Part shown: piece by piece, positions 59,561-64,000 of the stretch
Numbering within the stretch: the first letter of the stretch is position 1
Layout: each line of letters starts with the position of its first letter
Assembly: GCA_004144595.1 (NCBI GenBank)
Contig: SEEM01000012.1
Coordinates: 14,680-78,679 of the forward strand
Origin: Hyphomicrobiales bacterium
Lineage (GTDB): Bacteria > Pseudomonadota > Alphaproteobacteria > Rhizobiales > Beijerinckiaceae
Direction: 5' to 3'
Length of the DNA: 64,000 bases
The notes under the pieces: model-generated
Databases searched by the model: none
The model's input: only the letters and a program-made list of their open reading frames with translations
What the model was told of the DNA's origin: nothing
Made by a program: the position numbers and the translations under genes

Positions 59561-60745
59561 GTGACGGGCTTCGGACAGGCCGCAAGTGCCATCAAGAAGA
59601 CCTCGCCCGGCAGCGTGCGCCGGGCCTTCCAGCCCTGGAACGACCCTGCGGCAAAGCCGCTGGTCGAGTTCCAGGGTGTAACCAAGCGCTTCGGCGACGT
59701 CACCGCCGTGGGCGATCTCTCGCTCTCGCTCTACCGCAGAGAGTTCTTCGCGCTGCTCGGCCCCTCCGGCTGCGGCAAGACCACGCTGATGCGGATGCTC
59801 GCTGGTTTCGAGACGCCGGATGCCGGCACGATCCTGCTCGACGGGCAGGACATCACCGGCATCCCGCCGCATTTGCGGCCGATCAACATGATGTTCCAGT
59901 CCTATGCGTTGTTTCCGCATCTCAGCGTGGCCGGCAACATCGCCTATGGGCTGAAGCGCGAGGGGCTGCCGCGTGCCGAGATCGACCGGCGCGTCGAGGA
60001 GATGCTGGCGCTGGTCAAGCTCTCGGGCTTGGGCGGGCGCAAGCCGGACCAGCTCTCCGGTGGCCAGCGCCAGCGCGTCGCGCTCGCCCGTTCGCTGGCC
60101 AAGCGGCCGAAATTGCTGCTCCTCGACGAGCCGATGGCTGCGCTCGACAAGAAGCTGCGCGAGCAGACCCAGTTCGAATTGATGGACCTCCAGAGCGAGC
60201 TCGGCTTGACCTTCATGGTCGTCACCCACGATCAGGACGAGGCCATGACCATGGCCGACCGCATGGCGGTGATGGACCATGGCAAGCTCGTCCAGATCGG
60301 CCCGCCCGACGTGATCTACGAGGCGCCGGCCAACCGCCATGTCGCGGAGTTCGTCGGCGACATCAACATCTTCGAAGGCCGGGTCTTAGCGGTCGAGGGC
60401 GAGCTGGTCCGGGCGGAGGTGCCGCTCGTCGGCACCGTCGAACTCGACGAGGAGGCGCCGGCGCTGAAGCCGGGCGAGCCGCTCGTCCTCGGCATTCGCC
60501 CGGAGAAGATCGAGATCGGCCATGACATGCCGGCGCAGGCCGTCAACAAGGTCGCGGGCGAGATCTGGGATATCGGTTATCTCGGCGATTTCACCATGAT
60601 CCAGGTCATGCTGGGAGGAGAGGGCGGCCAGCTCGTCAAGGTCGCGCTCGCCAACCGCACGCGCCGGATGGCCCGCCCCTTCGCCTGGGACGACAAGGTC
60701 TGGCTCTCCTGGGACGTCGAGGCCGGCGTGGTGCTGCCGCCATGA
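59561..60745 (+). CDS. potG: Polyamine ABC ATP-binding protein
   Basis: GPSGCGKTT, FQSYALFPH, LSGGQRQR and LLLDEP motifs; C-terminal TOBE-like region. Confidence 0.87.
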   Translation: MTGFGQAASAIKKTSPGSVRRAFQPWNDPAAKPLVEFQGVTKRFGDVTAVGDLSLSLYRREFFALLGPSGCGKTTLMRMLAGFETPDAGTILLDGQDITGIPPHLRPINMMFQSYALFPHLSVAGNIAYGLKREGLPRAEIDRRVEEMLALVKLSGLGGRKPDQLSGGQRQRVALARSLAKRPKLLLLDEPMAALDKKLREQTQFELMDLQSELGLTFMVVTHDQDEAMTMADRMAVMDHGKLVQIGPPDVIYEAPANRHVAEFVGDINIFEGRVLAVEGELVRAEVPLVGTVELDEEAPALKPGEPLVLGIRPEKIEIGHDMPAQAVNKVAGEIWDIGYLGDFTMIQVMLGGEGGQLVKVALANRTRRMARPFAWDDKVWLSWDVEAGVVLPP

Positions 60746-61644
60746 GCGCGGTCGCCTCGCTACAGCGCCTGCGCCGCCTCGTCGTGGCCGTGCCCTATCT
60801 CTGGCTTGCGCTGTTCTTCCTCGCACCCTTCGCCATCGTGCTGCGCATGGCCTTCTCGCAGGCCGCGACGGCCCTGCCGCCCTATGCTCCGCATTGGGAA
60901 GGCCTCAGTCAGCTCGGCGAATTCCTCTCCCAGCTCGACCTCGCGAATTTCAGCCTGCTCGGTGACGACGCGCTCTACTGGCAGAGCTATCTCTATTCCC
61001 TGCGCATCGCGGCGCTGACGACCGTGCTCGCGCTCGCCATCGGCTATCCGCTCGCCTATGCGATGGCATCGGTGTCGGCGCGCTGGCGCGGCATCCTGCT
61101 CGTTTTGGTCATCCTGCCGTTCTGGACCTCCTTCCTGATCCGCGTCTACGCCTGGATCGGTATCCTCCGTCCGGACGGGCTGCTCGATGCGGCGCTGGCT
61201 TTGCTCGGCTTCGAGGGCGAGCCGCTGCGCCTGCTCAATACAGAGACGGCCGTGCTGCTCGGCATGGTCTATTCCTACCTGCCTTTCATGGTGCTCCCGC
61301 TATTCGCCACGCTGGAGAAGCTCGACCGCGGCCTGCTGGAAGCGGCGGCCGATCTCGGAGCCACGCCGCTCACGGCCTTCCTGACGGTCACGTTGCCGCT
61401 CTCGCTGCCCGGCATTCTCGCCGGTTCCGCACTGGTCTTCATTCCGGCGGTCGGCGAATTCGTCATCCCCGATCTGCTCGGCGGCCCCGACACGGTGATG
61501 ATCGGCAAGCTGCTCTGGAACGAGTTCTTCTCGAACCGCGACTGGCCGCTGGCGTCGGCTGTGGCGGTGGTCTTGCTCGTGGTGCTTGTGCTTCCGCTCG
61601 TCCTTCTCCAGAGAGCACGCCTGCGCCGGGAGCTGGCGGCATGA
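60742..61644 (+). CDS. potH: Polyamine ABC permease
   Basis: PFWTSFLIRVYAW, EAAADLGA and NRDWP motifs. Confidence 0.87.
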   Translation: MSAVASLQRLRRLVVAVPYLWLALFFLAPFAIVLRMAFSQAATALPPYAPHWEGLSQLGEFLSQLDLANFSLLGDDALYWQSYLYSLRIAALTTVLALAIGYPLAYAMASVSARWRGILLVLVILPFWTSFLIRVYAWIGILRPDGLLDAALALLGFEGEPLRLLNTETAVLLGMVYSYLPFMVLPLFATLEKLDRGLLEAAADLGATPLTAFLTVTLPLSLPGILAGSALVFIPAVGEFVIPDLLGGPDTVMIGKLLWNEFFSNRDWPLASAVAVVLLVVLVLPLVLLQRARLRRELAA

Positions 61645-62429
61645 GCCGCCTTGGTCCGGGATTGATCCTGGCGCTGATCGTCGGCTTCGCCTTCCTCTAC
61701 CTGCCGATCCTGACGCTCATCGCCTATTCCTTCAATGCCTCGCGACTGGTGACGGTCTGGGGCGGCTTCTCGACGCATTGGTACGGTGCGCTGATGCGGA
61801 ACGGGCCGCTGCTCGACGCCGCCTGGCTATCGATGCGTCTCGGTTTCGTCTCGGCGACGCTGGCGACGATCCTCGGCACGCTGGCCGCGCTCGCCCTGGC
61901 GCGCCATGGCCGCTTCATCGGGCGCACCCTGTTCTCGGGCATGGTGCTGGCGCCGCTGGTCATGCCCGAGGTGGTGACGGGACTGTCCCTGTTGCTGCTC
62001 TTCGTCGCCGCCGATGTCGAGCGCGGCTTCTGGACGGTGACGGTCGCGCACGCGACCTTCAGCCTGGGCTTCGCCTGCATCGTCGTGCAGTCAAGGCTCG
62101 TCGGCTTCGACCGCTCGCTCGAGGAAGCCGCGCAGGATCTCGGCGCGACGCCCTTCGTCACCTTCTGGACCGTGACGCTGCCGTTGATCTGGCCGGCGGT
62201 GGCGGCGGCCTGGATGCTCGCCTTCACCCTCTCGCTCGACGACCTCGTCATCGCGAGCTTCACGACCGGCCCCGGCGCGACGACATTGCCGATGCGGCTT
62301 TATTCGGCGGTCAAGCTCGGCGTGTCGCCGGAGATCAACGCCGCCTGCACGATCATGATCGGGGCAGTCGCGATCGTCGTGATCGCGGCCTCGCTGCTCT
62401 TGAAGCGCGAGCAGCTGGCCGGCAGTTGA
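61641..62429 (+). CDS. potI: Polyamine ABC permease
   Basis: YSFNASRLV, EEAAQDLGA, FTLSLDD and SPEINA motifs. Confidence 0.87.
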   Translation: MSRLGPGLILALIVGFAFLYLPILTLIAYSFNASRLVTVWGGFSTHWYGALMRNGPLLDAAWLSMRLGFVSATLATILGTLAALALARHGRFIGRTLFSGMVLAPLVMPEVVTGLSLLLLFVAADVERGFWTVTVAHATFSLGFACIVVQSRLVGFDRSLEEAAQDLGATPFVTFWTVTLPLIWPAVAAAWMLAFTLSLDDLVIASFTTGPGATTLPMRLYSAVKLGVSPEINAACTIMIGAVAIVVIAASLLLKREQLAGS

Positions 62430-62527
62430 ATGGTGGCTGAACGGCGCCCTCAAAGCCCGTTCAGCTGCAATCTGCGAATGTCCGATCCGTGGCAGGGCGA
62501 TCCCTGCCGGAAACAGGACATGAGACC

Positions 62528-62797
62528 ATGTTTGGCAATCGCGCCCGGATCGGTTTGACAGCGCTCGCGCTCAGCGGCGCCGTGCTTGCGGCTTCGGCCT
62601 TCGCCGGTGCGGGCGAGGCTCGCGCCTTCGGCGGCTATGAGCGCTCCTATGAAGGCCCGGCGTATGGCTATGGCTGGCGTCCTGCGCCGCCCGCCGTCCA
62701 CGGCTTCTGGGGCCAGCGCCGCTGGCATCGCTATTCTGATGGTTACGGCATGCGGCCGCCTCCGCCGCGCTACGGCTATGGTTACGGCTGGCGGTAA
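62528..62797 (+). CDS. Small secreted Gly/Tyr/Arg/Pro-rich hypothetical protein
   Basis: Signal peptide ending AEA/ARA-like, low-complexity mature region, followed by a terminator. Confidence 0.65.
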   Translation: MFGNRARIGLTALALSGAVLAASAFAGAGEARAFGGYERSYEGPAYGYGWRPAPPAVHGFWGQRRWHRYSDGYGMRPPPPRYGYGYGWR

Positions 62798-62824
62798 GTG
62801 TCGCCACGTCGGTCGTAGTCATGG

Positions 62825-62862
62825 GGCGGGCGCTGCCGGCTGGCAGCGCCCGCCTTCTTCTT
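62825..62862 (+). terminator. Rho-independent terminator
   Basis: 13-bp stem GGCGGGCGCTGCC/GGCAGCGCCCGCC with a 4-nt loop, followed by TTCTTCTT. Confidence 0.82.
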
Positions 62863-64000
62863 ATTCCGCCGCCGTCCGCTGGGCGTAGCCGAGACGCTGG
62901 TTGAGCTCCTGAAGCAGCTTCTCGGCCGCGTCCGCAATCACGGTTCCGGGCGGGAATATCGCCGAGGCGCCGGCTGCGATCAGCGCGTCGAAATCCTGCG
63001 GCGGAATGACTCCGCCGACCACGATCATGATGTCGGGCCGGCCGGCCCTGGCGAGCGCGCCTTTCAGCTCGGGCACCAATGTCAGGTGTCCCGCCGCCAG
63101 TGATGACACGCCGACGATATGGACATCGTTCTCGACGGCTTGGCGCGCCGCCTCGTCCGGGGTTGCAAAGAGTGGGCCGATATCGACGTCGAAGCCGAGA
63201 TCGGCAAAGGCCGAGGCGATGACCTTCTGGCCGCGGTCGTGCCCATCCTGACCCATCTTGGCGACGAGGATGCGCGGGCGACGGCCATCGGCCTCCTCGA
63301 AGGCCTCGCACATCGCCTGGACGCGCATGACGGCTGGATTCATGGTGCCGACCTCCCGCTTGTAGACGCCCGATATCGACTTGATTTCGGCCCTGTGGCG
63401 CCCAAAGACCTTCTCCATCGCCAGCGAGATCTCGCCGACTGTCGCCTTGGCGCGGGCGGCCTTGACCGCGAGGTCGAGCAGGTTGCCGTTGCCGGCTGCG
63501 CCGTTGGTCAGCGCGGTGAGGGCGGCCTCGACCTCGGTCTCGTTGCGCTCGGCCTTGAGCCGCCTGAGCTTGTCGAGTTGCTGGGCGCGCACGGAGGCGT
63601 TGTCGACCTTCAGCACGTCGATCGAAGCCTCGTTCTCGGGCTTGAAGCAGTTGACGCCGATGATCTTCTGCAGCCCACCATCGATGCGAGCCTGCGTCTT
63701 GGCCGCGGCTTCCTCGATGCGCAGCTTCGGGATGCCGGCCTCGATCGCCTTGGCCATGCCCCCTAACTTCTCGACCTCCTGGATATGGCCCCAGGCCTTT
63801 TCAGCGAGCTCCGCGGTGAGCCGCTCGACATAATAGGAGCCGCCCCAGGGATCGATGATCCGGGTCGTGCCGCTCTCCTGTTGCAGCAGAATCTGCGTGT
63901 TGCGGGCGATGCGCGCCGAGAAGTCGGTCGGCAGGGCCAAAGCCTCGTCGAGCGCGTTGGTGTGCAGCGACTGGGTGTGCCCTTGAGTAGCGGCCATCGC
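62861..64000 (-). CDS. scpA: Methylmalonyl-CoA mutase large subunit (5' part outside the window)
   Basis: [20 protein letters not shown] and the B12-binding motif GQDGHDRG...SSLAAGH. Confidence 0.95.
   Translation of the reverse strand, partial: AMAATQGHTQSLHTNALDEALALPTDFSARIARNTQILLQQESGTTRIIDPWGGSYYVERLTAELAEKAWGHIQEVEKLGGMAKAIEAGIPKLRIEEAAAKTQARIDGGLQKIIGVNCFKPENEASIDVLKVDNASVRAQQLDKLRRLKAERNETEVEAALTALTNGAAGNGNLLDLAVKAARAKATVGEISLAMEKVFGRHRAEIKSISGVYKREVGTMNPAVMRVQAMCEAFEEADGRRPRILVAKMGQDGHDRGQKVIASAFADLGFDVDIGPLFATPDEAARQAVENDVHIVGVSSLAAGHLTLVPELKGALARAGRPDIMIVVGGVIPPQDFDALIAAGASAIFPPGTVIADAAEKLLQELNQRLGYAQRTAAE

Noticed and set aside
1-64000. rRNA, tRNA, prophage, integrase, transposase or defence island
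   Set aside because: None recognised by eye and composition looks uniform; a covariance-model scan was not possible

Overview
GC-rich core-chromosome segment of a Hyphomicrobiales alphaproteobacterium (a Bosea-like assignment is inference from gene content and repeat families). It holds about 55 CDSs. These include a GGT with a Dpp-type ABC transporter, otnK-matA-matB, creatininase with an NMT1-type ABC transporter, a CheZ-like gene, an Mla/MCE operon and a short DnaB-like ATPase. Further along are a 2147-aa GPR/RgsE-type polar growth protein divergent from an Hpt gene, and a purine catabolism cluster (BMP ABC, xdhABC, guaD). The right part has dat, OppA, malic enzyme, meaB, three hydrolases, Lrp with a methionine gamma-lyase-like gene, a DUF3018/PemK toxin-antitoxin pair, potFGHI and the 3' part of methylmalonyl-CoA mutase. 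I found no rRNA, tRNA, CRISPR array, integrase or transposase. The most notable signals are: (1) a 99-bp CGTC-type palindromic repeat inserted in frame in xdhA, adding 33 aa; (2) a structured, RBS-sequestering leader in front of the short DnaB-like ATPase; (3) two inverted 67-bp CTAG-ended elements that supply the neighbours' stop codons and bracket one secreted hydrolase gene; (4) 99-bp and 132-bp tandem expansions in GPR and a CtrA-like box in the GPR/Hpt divergon. Family assignments come from motif recognition only; no searches were run.
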